Origin: Caecitellus pseudoparvulus
Taxonomy: Eukaryota; Protista; Bigyra: Bicosoecida
Assembly: GCA_965644315.1 (NCBI GenBank)
Contig: CBFFRQ010000013.1
Span: 248,001 to 312,000, forward strand
Direction of reading: 5' to 3'
Length of the DNA stretch: 64,000 nucleotides
The position numbers and the translations under genes are program-made. Positions 43,401 to 58,400 of the stretch are shown here, one piece after another (position 1 is the stretch's first letter; each line of letters begins with the position of its first letter). Below the pieces are notes generated by a model. The model saw only the letters and a program-made list of their open reading frames with translations. It was not told the DNA's origin and did not search any database.

Positions 43401-46400
43401 ACGGCACCCAGGATCCAGAGGCCAAGAACAAGTCCATCAACGAAGCCAAGCACTGGACGGGGATCGCCGAGGAGGCGGGGGATGCCAAAGTGGCCCCCGT
43501 CTTTGCCATTGGCCCTGCCGCCGGCCGACCATCTGGGCCCACCTCAGGTCGCTCCCTGTCCTCGAATGTCGCTGAGGACCCCAGTTTGATGGTCGTGGCT
43601 TCCCCCGGCAAGCTGCACATTGCCATCAAGTACTACAAGGGCGCGCTGCCGCACCCTGTTTCTGTCCCTGACGCACCGACCACCGGCAAGGCAGTGTGCG
43701 GGGACGCCTCGGTGCGCTCCCAGGGCGGCGGCGGCCACACGAAGCGCACGGAGCGCATTTACGGCGTGGCAGACATTCCCGAAGCCCCCTGGACTGACGC
43801 TTCCACGACTGATCAGTGGCTGCACGTGGCCCTCGTGGCTGACGCAGAGGCGGGCGCTTTTGTCCTTCTGGCCAACGGCCAGGAAGTCTGGCGCCAGGAT
43901 GCCGGTGGCATCGATGTTGTGGCTGCTGTGGCATCCATCACACAGGGCAGGGACGTCTTCTCCACGCCGAAGGCGACTTCCACCGTGTCCTGGGCATTTG
44001 GTGGCGTGTACGAGGGTTGCTCGGGCCAGGTGCAGCCCAATTTGGCCAAGGTGCAGGTAGCCTACTCCCGAGTCTGGTGCACTGCGCGAAGCACTGAGGA
44101 CATCGCAGCTGGCATGCGCACCGGCTTCGGCTCAGCTGTAGACACCGCAGCTGCCATCGCAGAAGCTCCATCCGCGGCATCCGCCCGCTCAATGGAGAAG
44201 GACGACGAGAGCCTGCTGCCAGCCAGTGTTTCGGATGGCCTGATCGGCTGCTGGCCTTGCGACGACGGATTTGGGGTCCGTGTTGCAGATTTGAGTGGAT
44301 TTGCCAACCACGCCACGCTGCTTGGCATGTTCTGGGTGGACCCTGCAGTTCCTGCACCTGTCACGGCCCCAGAAGTCGTTCCCGCCGCGCCGGAGGCTGG
44401 CCAGGACGGGGGCTCCGACGAGGCACGCATCTTGGCTCCTGCCCGCTTTTCTCGAGAAGCACTCGCTCGTGCCAATGTGTTCACGAATGGCGAGTGCCTG
44501 GGGGTGTATTTCCCGGTGGAAGTCGCCCGCAAGGTTCTCAGCTTGAGGGCTCTCTCTCGCTGTGGGCTGTACCAAGTGTATGAGCTTGCCACTGGCGTTG
44601 CCATCTCAGAGCAGCTGGTGCTGGAGGGTGTGACGTCCATCGGGTCGACCAGTGCTTTCGTGGCCCCCAGCACCATGTACGCGGTGCACCTGGGCTCGTA
44701 TGCGCTATCTGCGGCAGTGACACAGCCAGATTCCAAGCTGGCTTCCGTCGTTGCAAAGGGCACTTTGGATGCCTTTTTCTCTGATGGCATCTTGCCCAGC
44801 GCCCGCTACCCAACGGCCACACTGACTGTCGCCCCATCGGGCTCTGGGGCACAAGACTCACCGAGCGGTATTGCCGTCGACCAAGTGTCCGTGTTCCCAG
44901 CCCAGCGCACGCCCAAGTGGGCCGCCAGCCGAACAGGCGCAGTGGCCAAGTCGAACGCTTCGTTCGCCCAAGCAGCCAGCCTCATTTGGGCGCGCCTGTC
45001 ATCTGAGGAGTCAAAGGACTCAGCCCTTGCATCCACGGCAGAGGCTGTGAATGAGGCGTTGTCCACATCTGGTGATGAGCGCGGCAGCCTCACAGACGGC
45101 CTTGCGACTCTAGACCGTGCTGCCCGTGCAACCACGGCTGCCCGGGACGACCTGCTGAAGACACTGCAAGCAGCACAAAAGTCTGCCGAGGAGGCCGAAG
45201 AGGCAGATGCCGCTGCTTCGCTGCCTGCTGGGCATGACCGGGTGTCTTCTGCCCTGGGGCGCCTCGTAAGTGACTTCCCTGTGTACCAGGGGCGATACAA
45301 CCAGGCCCTGGAGGCCCTAGGTATGCCGCCATCTTCCCTGGGCATTGCAGGGGCTGAGTCCCTGGGCGTCGTTGCAGGCGGGCAGGAGAGTGATCCGTTG
45401 GAGGGCATTCTGGGCGCTGACGACGTCTCCGCTGTGTCCCTCTTTGGTGCCGAGGCCACCAGCACGCAGCCGTCTCCGGCAGAGCTTGCCGCGAAGCAGC
45501 ACGCAGATGCCATCAACGCTGCATGGCCTCGCTTCCACTCGTCAGTTGTCGCGCACGTGCTGCTGCAGCATGTGCAGTCTTCGTGCAGCCAGCGCTCCAT
45601 TGAGCTGGCCATGGCAGCAGATGCACGTGCTGCTAGTGCACAGAGTGCCCAGCAAGCCAAGGACAACAAGTCCAAGTCTTCCAACCAAGCGAACACAGGG
45701 AGCGGAGGGTTTGGTGCTACGTCGTCTGGAGGCTTTGGCAACGTTGCCTCTAGCGGTGGCTTCGGTGGCTTCGGTGGCGCCCAGTCTTCCAGCTTCTCGT
45801 TCGGCAACGCAAGCTCCTCCGGCGCCTTTGGCAACACCTCTGGCGGAGGATTCGGCAGCTCCCAGCAGCAAGCCCCTGGCTCCAGCTCCAGCGGCGGCAG
45901 CGGCTTTGGCTCGGATTCCCAGTCCCACCCGCAGTTCGGCGCGGCACGCATGACTCCGTCCAGGCCCATGTCTGTCGAGCTGAGTGCGGATGCCTTCTCC
46001 GCCCTGCGCGGGCTCCTCGCGAAGTTGTCTGCTTCCTACGCAGCCCTGCGTGACGTCTCTGCAAAGGTCGCGTCGGCCATGCTGACTGGCGCCGGTGCCA
46101 GCGGCGACGGCCCTGAGTGGCGCACTGGCTCAGCCCAGAATGCCCTGCTCACCCAAGGGCTCGTGGTGTGCTTGCAGGTTTTCCGCTGCAATCTGGAGCA
46201 TCTCGTTGCATGGAAGATGTCCCCGTCTGCTGTTGGCTTCTCCGCTGGCGCAGCGGCGGACTTCTCGGCAGATATCGCCGCGGCGCTCATTCCCACCGCC
46301 CAAGCCGCGAAAGCAGACGCCGAGACAGCCCTAGCAAAGGCTTCTTCCCAGCCCCCCCTCGCCGCGATGCTGCACCGACTGGCCAACTCTACCCTGCCTG

Positions 46401-49400
46401 TCACGGGCACCATCCGTGATGGCGCCCTGGCTCCCGGCTGGGACCAGAACGAGGCAGCCGCCACTGCCGCCGCGACAGCCCTGTTCATCACTGCTGCTCG
46501 CCGGCGGTACACGGGGCAGCTGGCAAAGGCGCCATTCGTTGACACGCTCAAGTGGCTCATGGAGGTGTCCCCTGCTGCCAGCCTTTCAAGTGAGGTGTCC
46601 CACGCTCTGCACACTGAAATCGCTGAGAGCTTGTCTTTGGGCATGCCAGTCTTCTCGACCACTGCTTCTGCAAGGCTGCGCCTGCTGTCAGGACTGTTGG
46701 CCCAGCAGCTGGGCGTTCACGCCACCCTGCCTGCAGCCGGAGCAGACGATGGTGGCGCAAGCGAGAGCAAGTCAGGTGCCGTCGTGTCTGCTGCCTCCGG
46801 CGCGGACGGACTTGACGCCTGCGTCGCAGCCGCCACGTCGCAGGACGACCAAGACAAGCGCAACCTGCGCGAGATGCTAATGGCACGCTACTTCAGTGCC
46901 ATGTCCAAGCCGGCTGCCGTGTCGCAGCTGTTGAGTGCTCTGAAGAGCTCGTCTTCCTCCCGCAGCGGGGCAGTGTTCGCCTCTGGGTGTGTCCCTGGCG
47001 AACTCTTGGAGGCCCTGGTCATGGTGGGCGTGGACGGTGAGGGGGCAGCCGTGCAGAAGGACTTTGCGTCGCTGATGGAGAACTCCACCAAGCTGCTGCT
47101 GCAGTTCACGGAAACTCGCATGCTGAATGCCCTGGCTGCCGCGGCGGCCCAAAGCGAGGGTACCGCCACGCCTGCAGTCGGGTCATCGCTTGACCAAGTC
47201 CCCGAGCACATCTCTGCTCTCGCAGCATTCCTGCTGCAGACGCAAACTGTCATGCTGTCTCGGGCCCTGTCCAACCCCAAGCCACGCAACCCCTACTTCT
47301 CGTACGGTCTCAAGTACTGCCACCGCATGCTGGCCAGTGCAGCGGAGCTGGTTGAGTTTGCGAATGCGTCGGAAGAATGGCCTACGTCTGCAGCGGACGC
47401 CAATGCCGCGCTGCTGGAAACGAAGGCGGCGGTGGTGTCCATCTTGCACGACCAACTGGGCTCGCTGCTTTCATCCATGCTGTCTGTCTTGGCAGCGCTG
47501 CCCATGTCGCTGTTGACAGCATGTGCAGTCCTCCCCACCCTGCAGCGCTTGCTGAAGGCACTGGACGCGCTGTCCCTGGGTCTGCCTGAGGTCGTCTCGG
47601 CTGAGGCTGAGGACGCCAAGGGCTTGCCCAAGTGGGCCATGACCACCAAGCGAGTGGCGCTCGAGACCAAGCACCCCGTGCCGCAAGGGTCCACACAGGG
47701 CACAGTTCACATCCCAGGCGCCAAGAACATGCTGCTGAAGTTTGACGATGCGGCCTTCTCGAACTCTGGCGGGGGCGGCGGTGCTGGTGGCCAGGGCGTG
47801 TCCATCGCGCTGTACTACGACGCAGACATGCAGAAGCCTGTGCCCAACGGTGTCTTTACCCTGCCCTCATCGGGCTCAGCACCTCAGCGTGGTGGCAAAC
47901 GCTCTTCCTCTTCTGATACACAGGGCATGGGCACGTCCATTGACGACTTGATGCCAGACCTTGACGTTGTCGGGCAGGGCGCCTCGGCTTCTGGGGCCGG
48001 CGCAGCCGCTGTTGTCTTCGACGAAGACCTCGTCACCGTTGCTGACGATTCGCAAGGGGGCGATGAGGAGGAGGAGGAGGAAGCTGAGGAGGTGTGTCCC
48101 TATGCCAACGCCTCGGCTCGGGACCGGGCCATCTGCGAGGCAGTGCAGGACAGCGGGATGAGCAGCAACATCTTGAGCAGCGTGCGCAACCAAATTTCCA
48201 GCTTGGGCTCCACTGTGAACCAGTTTGTGTCCAACCAAGGCTATGACCCCGACACCGCTGTGTCTGCCTTGAACACCGAGTATGGCTACTCCACACAGCT
48301 GGTTGGGCTCTTCCAGGTGTACTGTGACGTGTCAGGCACACCGCCCGATGCCGTGGCCATGGGTCCCGTCAGTGAGGAGAACGTCGCAAACGCCATCTAC
48401 GCGTACGCCAACGACCCCAGCGCCTACGGAGCGCCAAGCCTTGAGCAAATGCTGATGAACCAGATCGGCGTGTCGTTCAACGAGGTTGACTTCATGTCGG
48501 CGTCCAGCGAATCGCAAGCGTCGCGTGGCAGCGGGCCACAAGCCACACCAGGCGCACTGCCGAAGGCTGGCTTCCGCGTCAAGGGAGACACCGTGCACAT
48601 TGTGTACAGCACTGGGTACCAGAGCGGCTGCTGGGGCTTCCGCGTCGCTGCCGCCGCGAAGGTTGGCTCTCAAGTGGTCTCCCTCCCTTGGCTGCTGGAC
48701 GTGCACCGCAACACCGCCTTGCTGGCAGGCCGCCTGGCGTACACGCTGACGGTGGGAGGCTGCCACGACGAGCAGACTGGTGATGAGGACCCGCTCTCTG
48801 TGCTGACTTCCCTCGCCTCCAAGGGCAAGAAGGAGGCCCTGGCCCAAGGAGGCGAAGCTGCTGCTGAAGCGACCGACTTCCTGGAAGACGCCGCTTTCCT
48901 ACTGGAGGCGTCTGCTGATGGGGACATTGGCCTTATGAGCAGGACCACCGAGGCATCTGCTGCGACGTGGTTGTCCTCGGAACTGACGCACGGTGGCCTG
49001 GTGCTGTCAGCCCAGGAACGCATGTTGGAAGCCCAACACTCCAACGTCTTCCACAAGGTGGTAGATGCTGTTGGTGGTGCAGAGGGTAGCTTCGTGGGTG
49101 GCGCTGGCCTGGACAGCTCTGTGGCTTCCGGGGAAGACGTCGTGTCCTCGGCCATGGCGCTGGTGCAAAAGCTCGTGCCGGTCATGGCCGCTGCCAAGGT
49201 GCGCACTGACAACTTCCCAGTGCCGGCAGATGTGAAGCCCATTGTGATGGAGACCATCCACCACATGGCAGCAGTGCTACTGCACCACAACCACCTCCTA
49301 GCTGACGCGCGCGCGTACTTGGAGGAAGCCTCGGCTGCCATTGAGGCGCGCGAGGCAGCTGTGGCTGCTGGCACTGCCACGGGGCCCAAGCGCTGGAAGG

Positions 49401-52400
49401 CCCCCGCGCCCCCCGCACCTGTGGCCAGGGCCTGGCAGACTGCCCACCGCATCAAGCGCTCGCTGCGGTCCAAGTTCCAAGCGCACTCCCTTGCCATCAC
49501 AGCAGCTGCCAAGGAAGCGATGGGTGGGGAGAAGGACGGCGCAGAGGTGGAGCTGGGTGACCTCGACGTGGACCGCGTGGCCATCTACCGTGACATGTGC
49601 AACTCCATCCGCCAGCGGTGTGACTTGCTCCTGGCCTTCGTCCCTGTGCCGCTACCTGTGCCTGACACGCCAGACCTGGCATTGGCTCGTTCGTCTTCCA
49701 CAGCCTCTTCCGGTGGCGGCCTGGAGCAGCTGGCAGACACCGCCCAAGAGGTCGAGGAAGAGACAAAGGCTGAGCCTGGCAAGGAGAGCGAGGAGGCCCG
49801 CAAGGAGCGAGATGCCAAGGCAGCGCTCCTGGCCTGGCAAGCACTGCAGCGCCGGGGCGGGAAGGTGTCCCTGAAGGCAGCCACGCCTGATCAGCGCCAT
49901 GGGCTGGTGTGGCGCTTGGCGCACACGCTGGCAGTGGACTCGGACATCCCCGTGGGGATTGTGCGTGCTGCCGTGCTGTCCCGCCGCCACCGCGCGACAC
50001 TGCGCATCGCAGGTGTGAACGCCGTCCACGCCCTGCTGTCAGGCATCTCCACGCCTTCCGCCCAGCGGGAGATCATCGCGCAGGTTTTCCCCGCGCTGTG
50101 CTCTACCCTGTCTGAGAGCGAAGAGGGCGCCCCCGCTACCTTCCTGCATGGCACCGAAGGCTGCGGAGAGAGCCTCGGCGCCCTGCTTGAGGATGCCTTC
50201 GTCCGTCTGTACGGTCTGTACGTGAACATGCTCAAGTGGGCAGGGAAGGAGCCCGCTGCGGCTGACGGCCCCAGCACAATCACGCCCGTCAGCGTGCCGC
50301 TGCTGCAGGCTGTCCTGCGAGCATTCGCGCTGAAGTACACCAAGGAGCAGTACAGCGCGGTCGTGGACATGGGTGTGTACAACGCCCTCTTTGGGCTCCT
50401 GAACACCATCCGCTCCCTGACAGGCGAGAGCGACCAGGGTGTAGCCTCCACTGCTGACGAGCATGCCGGCTTTGCGTCCCTGCAAACGTCTGTCTGGTCC
50501 CTTCTGGACCTGCTCTCCACGTCCTGGCTGCGCTTGAACCCGTCGGCAGGCTCGCTGGTGGCGGAAGTAGGCGTCCCGCCGCCGCCAGAGGGTGCTGCCC
50601 TTTCTCTGCAGCGCGGCGCCTCCATTGGACGCTCAGCAATTTCCTCTGGGCTGTCCCCGGTATTCCGTATCCTGGTCACACAAGTTAACGCCATTGCTGG
50701 GCACTACGCCACTGAGGCGCTGCTGCCGGGTGGTGTGGAGTCCAGCGCGCTGTCTGCTCTGAAGCCGAGCGAACGCCTCGTCAAACTGCGCAGCATGCTC
50801 TCCTCCTCCACCGTCTCCATGCTCTCCTCCTCTTTGGTGGGCGTGCTGTCCGGCAAGGTTACACGCAAGTCCAAGCGTGCCGCCACTGCAAAGCAGCCGG
50901 CGCAGCTGAGCATGGCAGAAGCCATGGCAAACAAAGTCGCCGCTGCCACCGACGGTTTCGGAGGTGTGGCGCCGGGCACTGGTGTTGAGCCTTCTGCCAA
51001 GTCTCGCCCAGGAAGCTCCTCTGCCAAGGGGTCCTCGACCAAGAGCCAGGAGCTGCGTGACGATGCTGGCGAAGCAGAGGAAGACGGCATGTATGTCGAC
51101 ACCTTCACCATCAAGTTGCTGAACTTGGTGTACACCGTTGTGCAGCTTCGGGAGGGGCGCGACGCCCTGCTGCGCTCTGGCACGGAGCACTTGCTGCTGG
51201 CTGCGCTGCTGCGGGGCAGTGCGCCTGCCGGCACCACAACCACGGAGATCACCCACGCAAGTGGGCACCCGCTTGCTGCCTTGTTCTCCATCCTGCGCCT
51301 GGGGTCCCCCAGGGCTCGCCATGTGGTGGCACGCATCTTGCGCAAGCTGCTTGCCCGTGAGGACGCGGCGCTGGACAAGACCCTGTCCAAGAAGCGCTCC
51401 CGTGTCGGCTTGGGGCAGGCGCACGTCGCCCCCCTGCTCGCAGAGGCAGATGACTGCATGCTGCTCGGGCTGGGAGATGCCTCGGGCGTCCTCCGCACCG
51501 CCTCCTCTGGCATGGAGAGCAAGGATGATGGCAGTGCGAGCCACGGCCCGCTTATGGACGACCTGGCCTCACTGCGCGGGGCACCCCCCACTTCGTGGGA
51601 ACAAGGGCAGGTGACGGCACTCCCCCTGCTCGCGCTGGTTGGCAAGGCAGGCGTGGCGCACGTCGCCGCGGCTGCGGGTGTGAACAACGCGTTGCTGAGC
51701 AGCCGCAAGCACAGCATTGCCACCTTGTTTGTGGAGCTGCAGGAGGCCGCTTCCACAGGCACCGGCGGTGTCGTGCCGGTATACTCCCTTGTGTCCATGT
51801 TGCGGGATATGTGTGCTCGCAACACTGCATGGCGGGCTGCTATCCGGGCCTGTGCCTCGGCCGCCCTTGCCTACATGCCAGAGCTGGTGCAGGGATTGTC
51901 TTCCACAGCCTCGGCGAGCCTCAGCGACCCCCTCCAGGAGGGCGGCATCTTGCTGCCTTCCACACCAGCTGAGCGTCTCATGCAGGTCAAGCTCTTCCTG
52001 GCCACGGGCGCCATGGCGGTGATGGGTGGGTTGGGCACCCCCCTCGTTGCAGGCACCCCAGTGTACAACAGGAGCGCGCTCCTTACCGGCAGCATGCCTG
52101 GTCTGGGCTCTGCAACTGGCGAGACTGGCGTGGTGGAGCACCCAGCCGGGTTCGTCGCAGTCCGTCGCGCTCTGGATGTCGGCGGGCAAGATGCCAAGCA
52201 GCTGAGCAAGGTTGCTGGCACCACTACGAAGACTGGCATCATAGGCGCGCGAGTAGGCATGCAGACAACTGCTGCTCAGTCAGGCGCTGGCGGTGGCCCC
52301 TCAGTGAGCCGCATGGAACAGTTCACGCTCCTGGTGCAGCAAGAGGGCGCCACGGGCGATGCTGACGGCGTCCTCACAGCAGGCGAGGCCACCGCTTCCG

Positions 52401-55400
52401 CGGCAGACACCGACGAAGGCACGTTGCGCCGGGCCAAGGTGGAGGAGTTCGTTGCCACAGCCGAGGTCCCCGTGCGCCTGTCTTGGTTCCTCGGCCCCGA
52501 GGAAGGCGGCTTGACGCCCAAGGGCCTGCCAGCCCTGCTGGGCCAGCTCGTGGACGTCATTGCCTCATCCCGCAAGGTCGGCAACGAGATCCTGTCTGCG
52601 CAGGGCGGCTCAGGCTCCTCTGTCGCTGGGTTCAGTCACGTGCCCCTGCCGCGGCTCCTGCTGCAGTCCATGGAGCTGCATGCCATGCGCCTGCTGCACG
52701 GCATGCTGCACGTGGCGTCCTTGGCGCCCCACCTTGCGGCCCACCCCACTGCCGTGCCGTTGCTCCTGCAGGTGTCCGGCATTGAACAGCCATCGGACTC
52801 TTCGAAGCGCGCTGAAATCGAGGAGGACCTCACTTCTGCGGAAGCGCTGCAGTGCACTGCGCTGTCCACCTCCCGCGTGGAGGACCGCCTGCTGGCTGTC
52901 AGTACGGTCCTTGGGCGCCGCATGAAGGTGCCTCTGGATGTCCGCATGCGCATTGTCCCCCCCACTTCAACTGAGAGTGCAGATGCTGCAACTAAGTTCG
53001 GCATCGTTGTGGGCGATTTTTCCCTGGCTGAAGCCGAGGGCGCCGGCTCCACGGACCTCCCAGACGAGGCGGCATCCAGCCAGCAGCAGAGGCTGCTCAC
53101 ACCAGAGGAAGCAAAAGCTCTGCAGGACTCACAAGAGGCAGGGGCAACTGTCACCATCCATGCTTCCAAGTACTTCGGTGGCGAGCTGTGTGGCCGCCTG
53201 TGTACGGCTGTGGCTGCCAAAGCGGCAGCATCCCAGAGCGCGGCCGTTAAGTCAGCTCCTATGGCTGCAACCAAGGCATCTGCCCCTTCAAAGGCATCTG
53301 CACCCTCAGGCTTCGGTTCCACGGCAGGCGGCTCTGCAGGCGCTTTTGACTTTGGCGGCCGTGGCGGGTCCAAGTTTGAGATGAGCATGGGCGGCAGCAA
53401 GGGTGGTGACATGGGCGGCGGTAAGAGTGGTAGCAAGGCGACTGCTTTTGGCGCGCCCACTGGCGGCATGGACTTCTCGTTCCCTGCCAGTGCGCCCAGC
53501 CTCCCGGCGTCAGGCGGTGCTCCGAGCCTTCCTGCCGCTGGCGGCTTGCCAACCGGCAGCAGCTTCGGCGGCGATTTCTCAGCGGCGGCTGGGACGCCCA
53601 GCTTCCTCACAGCCGGCGGGGGCAGTGGAGGCATGGGTGGCCTGCTGGACGGCAGCGACAGCGACAGCGACCAAGATGCAGGCGCGGGTGCATCCTCGGC
53701 ATCTGCTGCCCCAATGGCCATGGCCACAAGCGCCGCAGCCAGCAAAGCTGCAGAGCCCAAGGACTTGCCTGCTGAGCCTGTTGCATACCCAGAGCAGGCT
53801 CGTTTCGTGTACGTTCCCTTGGCTTCCAAGCCCAGCCGTGCCACGTGCGAGGGCGCTGTCGTGCTGATGGACACCCGCATCGACACGTTCAGGACACGCC
53901 TTGTCCAAGCCGAGGCTGCTGGCGCAGTGGGCATTGTGCTGGCTGTGCACGACATTGGCGTCATGAAGGAGCTGGGCCTGAACAACACGCTTGCCATGCT
54001 GAAGGCGGCAGCTGAGAAGGCAGCCGCCGTGGAGGCCTCCAAGGCCAAGGCCAAGGCCAAGTCCTCCAAGAGCAAGGCATCTGGCGCGACAACGGTCGCG
54101 GAGAAGCAAGCAGCCGCGCTAGCTTCGGCGGGGCAAGAGGACACGTCAGCTGCCGACGCTGCAGCGGCCGCCTTTGATGCCGACCGGGAGCTTGCCTCCG
54201 CCATTGCGCAAGGATTGCTCACTCCCCCGGGGCCAGCCCCAGACGCCGCCACTTTCGAGCGGCTGCACATTCCCGTGCTGGCTGTCGACCGCGACGTTGG
54301 CAAGCACCTGCGCCACTCTTTGGGTGTGCCAAACCACGAGGAGCCTGACGTGCAGTACAAGGCAATGATGCTGGCTCAGCTGGAGGAGGAGGGCTACCCT
54401 CGCCAGCTCTGCGAGAAGGCGTGGGCCAAGTCTGATGGCAACGTGCTGCGTGCTCGGGCATGGCTGGCCACCAACGCCAGCTGGATGATGGAGCAGCAGA
54501 ACCTCATGGCAGAGCTGGAAGAAGACGTGGCGGCCGAGCAGGCCGCTGAGCGCAAGGCGCGCAAGGGCCTGGCGGCCATGTCGGAGATGCCTGAAGATGA
54601 GGACGACATTGCAGCCAAGGCACATGCTGCTCTGAAGAAGGCTGTCGGTGGGGCAGGCATGGCTGGCGAAGACGACTTCGGCATGGGGGATGAGTCCGAG
54701 GAAGAGCCAGAGGACGATGGCGCCTTTGACGTCGTGGCTGCTATGAAGGCGGCTAGGGAGGTCATCGCGCCTCTCGTCGGGCCACTAGTGGTGGATGAAA
54801 TGCTCGCGGACATTGAGGAGTGCGAGCCAGATCTGGAGATGCTGTTCGAAATGTGCGAGGAGCTCGTCATGGACGCTGGTGTGGACATTTCTGAGCACGG
54901 GCTGGGCCGAGAGCTCAACGCAGCATACATCAGGCACTCGAAAACCAACCGCAGGAGCAAGAAGGCTGCAGCACGGGGCCTGTTTGAGAAGAAGCCCGAT
55001 GAAATTACTTGGGAAGACCTTCTGTCTGCGGACGTGGGGGAGACGGCACGTGACACCATTGAAGACGACAACGCGATTTGGCCATTGGCTCGGCGATTCC
55101 AGGAATTCGCCAAGGAGGCTTCCAACACTGCCAACTACGACATGGCAGGAGAAGAGGCCCTGGCAGGGGCACAAGGTGGCGCCTCCTGGGCAGCCTCTGG
55201 CCCCAGCCAGCTGTACGAGGATGCGGAATTCTTGGGCAAGCTGCCCTCCAAGTCCACCCAGGAGCTCGTCAGCACTCTGTCCAAGACGTACGGACAGGCT
55301 GCCATGCACTACGCACGTCGTTGCCTAGTCGCAGCCTTCACGTACTGGCCCAACCCAGGACACCACGCGCTGCTGCCTTCACCTCCCACAAAGCCACTGC

Positions 55401-58400
55401 CGCCATTGACGCAGCTGTGCAGCTCGTCCCTCTTGCGCTACGTGCTGCACGTGGGTCTGGCTACGCAGCCATACCCTGCTGCAAGCCCCACACCCGAGTG
55501 GATCGACGTGGATGGAGACGCGGGCACGGACTGCGCCGTCGAGCTGCCCTGTGCCCCGCCATTCCAGGCCCACCTGCAGAACGTCCTTGTTGCTGAGGTC
55601 GTCGGGTACGGGCCGGAAGGCATGGGTGCTGGGTCGGGGCAGGAGGTGTCTGCTGTCATCCTGAAGGACTGCATGGACACCATGGACAGCGTGAAGACTG
55701 CAGGTCAGGCCACGGACAGCGCCTTCCTGGCTGCCAAGGCCAAGGAGGAAGCCAAGAAGGCCAAGGAGGCAGAGGAGGCTGCGGCTGCCGCAGGGGGGCC
55801 GAAGAAGAAGTTCGCGATGAAGGCCTCGGTGCGAGCTTTCGATGCGCCGGATATGGATGATGCTGTGGCTGGCGACTTGGACGATGCACTGGCCACGCCA
55901 GAGGAGGCAGAGGCCAAGGCTGCTGCGACGCAAGTGAACGAAGTCCTCGCCTTGGTGGTCAAGCCCTTCCTGTCCTCGCAGCATGGCGGGCCGACGAACC
56001 CGAACGGGCAGTGCACTGAAATCAAGGTGCCTGGGGCTGTGCGTCTGCGCATCGTTTTCCAAGCGCCCAAGGGGGCTGAGGACGACATGGATGGTTCTGG
56101 CGAGGAGAAGCAAGATGGCGAGTCACCTGCTGCATCCACTCTTGTCGACGAAGCAATTCGGGTGTTCGGGCTTGAGTCCAGCAGCTCCCGAGGGGACAGT
56201 GGGGGTGAACCCAGCAGCTCTTCCTCCGGGCGGGGTGCTGCTCGCCCCGCTTCCAGGCCTGTGGCAGCATCAAGCAGCTTTGGTGGAGGCGGCTTCAGCT
56301 TCTCGCAGCCTACCCCGGCCTTCGGAGGAGGCTCGAATTGGGGCGGCGGCTTTGGCGGTGGCGGTGGCTTTGGCGGCGGCTTTGGTGGCGGCGGCTTTGG
56401 TGGCGGCTTCAGTGGAGGTGCCACTTCGGCCAGCACAGGCGATGCTCAGGAGCTTAGCTTCCCATCGTGCGGCAGCTACCTCCGCTTCTTCAAGGATGCT
56501 GCTGGATCTGGGCACATCCAAGATGTCAACTCCCAGTCTTCCAGCACTGACTTGGTCGTGAGCGGGGATTCCTTGTTCTACAATATCTTCGACAGCAACC
56601 GTGGCACGACTGCCAACAACAGCTCCTTCAACCAGTACATGAGCTATGCACAGAGCCAAGGCCCAGCCTCTGGCCGAACCTACCTCACGTACCGCTTCTT
56701 GGTGTATGCTGAGCTGGACACGTCGCAGAGTGAGGCGGCAGTGCGCGCCGGTGGCCTGCCCTGCACCATGCAGCTCATTGGCATCCAGCTCGAGGCTGAG
56801 GATGCCATCCAGCGCATCCAAGCGGCCAAGAAGGGCTCAAGCGCAGATGGCACCGGAAGCGGTGCGGCTGCTGAGAGCAAGGTGCAGCTTGAGGAGGCCA
56901 AGAGTGCCGCTGGGGATCTGGACCCCGCCAAGCGCTTGCCTCTCCTTCTGCGCTCGCTCTTGGCTGCCTTGCCTTACGCTCCTTCCGGCCGCACAGCAGC
57001 TGCCTGCATGCAGATGGGGGCGCGCCTGTTCCGCAGGTGGGGAGCCAGCGGTGATGCCGGGCTCGCCAAGGTGGACGCGGAGGATGAGGCTGTCCGCTTC
57101 ATCACCGAGCACGTGCCGTTCCTGGACAGGGCACACTCTTGGCTACGCACGACGCTGCTGGCTGAGTGGGCACAGAGTGTGCAGCTGCCGCGCCACGTGC
57201 AGAGCTTGATGGAGATGATGCTGGCCGCGAAGAAGGCCCTGTCAGCTCTGCAGCTTCCCAACTCCCTGGCCGACGTGCCGTCGATTGCTGCCGTCACAGC
57301 AGCTGACCTGGCCGCGCTGGGATTGACCGAGGAGGACTTGCTGGGCGGCGACGATGAGGAGGAGGCTGAAGAGGACAAGGGCGAAGCTGGCCAGGCCTCT
57401 TCCAAGCGCAAGGGGGGAGCCGCTGCTGGCGGCTCTGCGACTGCTTCACCCACACCGGTAGAGGGTGCCGAGGGCACCCCCATTGATGCCTTGGTGGGTG
57501 ATGCTGACGAAGAGCTACGCATTGGCACGTCCGCCCTGCCACGGCGCGTTCGCCAGGCGCAGGCCAAGATGCTGCAGTACCTATCAGATCGGGAGGGTCC
57601 CCAGCGGGTGTCCATGCTGGCCCTGTCCAGCGGCGCTGTGCTGCCAGACTTCGCTGCTGTGAGCACGACAGGCAACAGCGTTCCCAGCATTTTCGCCTCT
57701 GACACTGTGCTTCGAGGCGGCAAGTGGTACTTCGAAGTCGTGTTTGACCGTGTCGCTTCTGCTTCTCACAACGCGTACGCGAGCATGGGCTGGATGACGC
57801 CCAAGTTCGAGGTGAAGAAGCACAAGGCTGGCGTCGTCAACTCCGGCTACCAGCAGCAGCAGCCCCACGTCGGAATGGACCAGCAGGGCCAGTCCTGGGC
57901 CTTCAACGCCAGCAGCCACGGTTACTACCATCGCCAAGCGAATGTGCCCCTGGACCAGAAGTTCCTCTCCAAGAAGAGCTTTGACATGGAGACTGCTGAG
58001 GCTGTGGAGAGCCGCGTGGAGGCCTTGCGCAAAGAGGTGGCTGGTGCCCAAGGCAAGAGCGCCAAGGCCAAGGCGTCGTCCAAGAAGGGTGGCGAGAAGG
58101 CGGGCGCTGCAGCGGATGATGAGGCAGGGGACGCCAGCCCTACGGACGAGTCCAGCGAGGCGTCCAAGATGGCTGCCATGATGGCAGCCATGCAGGCAAG
58201 CGGTGCTGACGCGGAGTCCATGTCTGCCATGATGAGCCAGCTCATGGACATGAAGGCCGGCAAGTCTGGCAAGAAGGATAAGAAGTCCGGCTCTTCCAGC
58301 ACCAACCAGTGGTCCTGGAAGCACGGTGCCATCATTGGGTGCTGCGTGGACATCGACAAGGGCACCTTCTCCTGGGTGCTTGGTGGCGTGCATCACCCGC

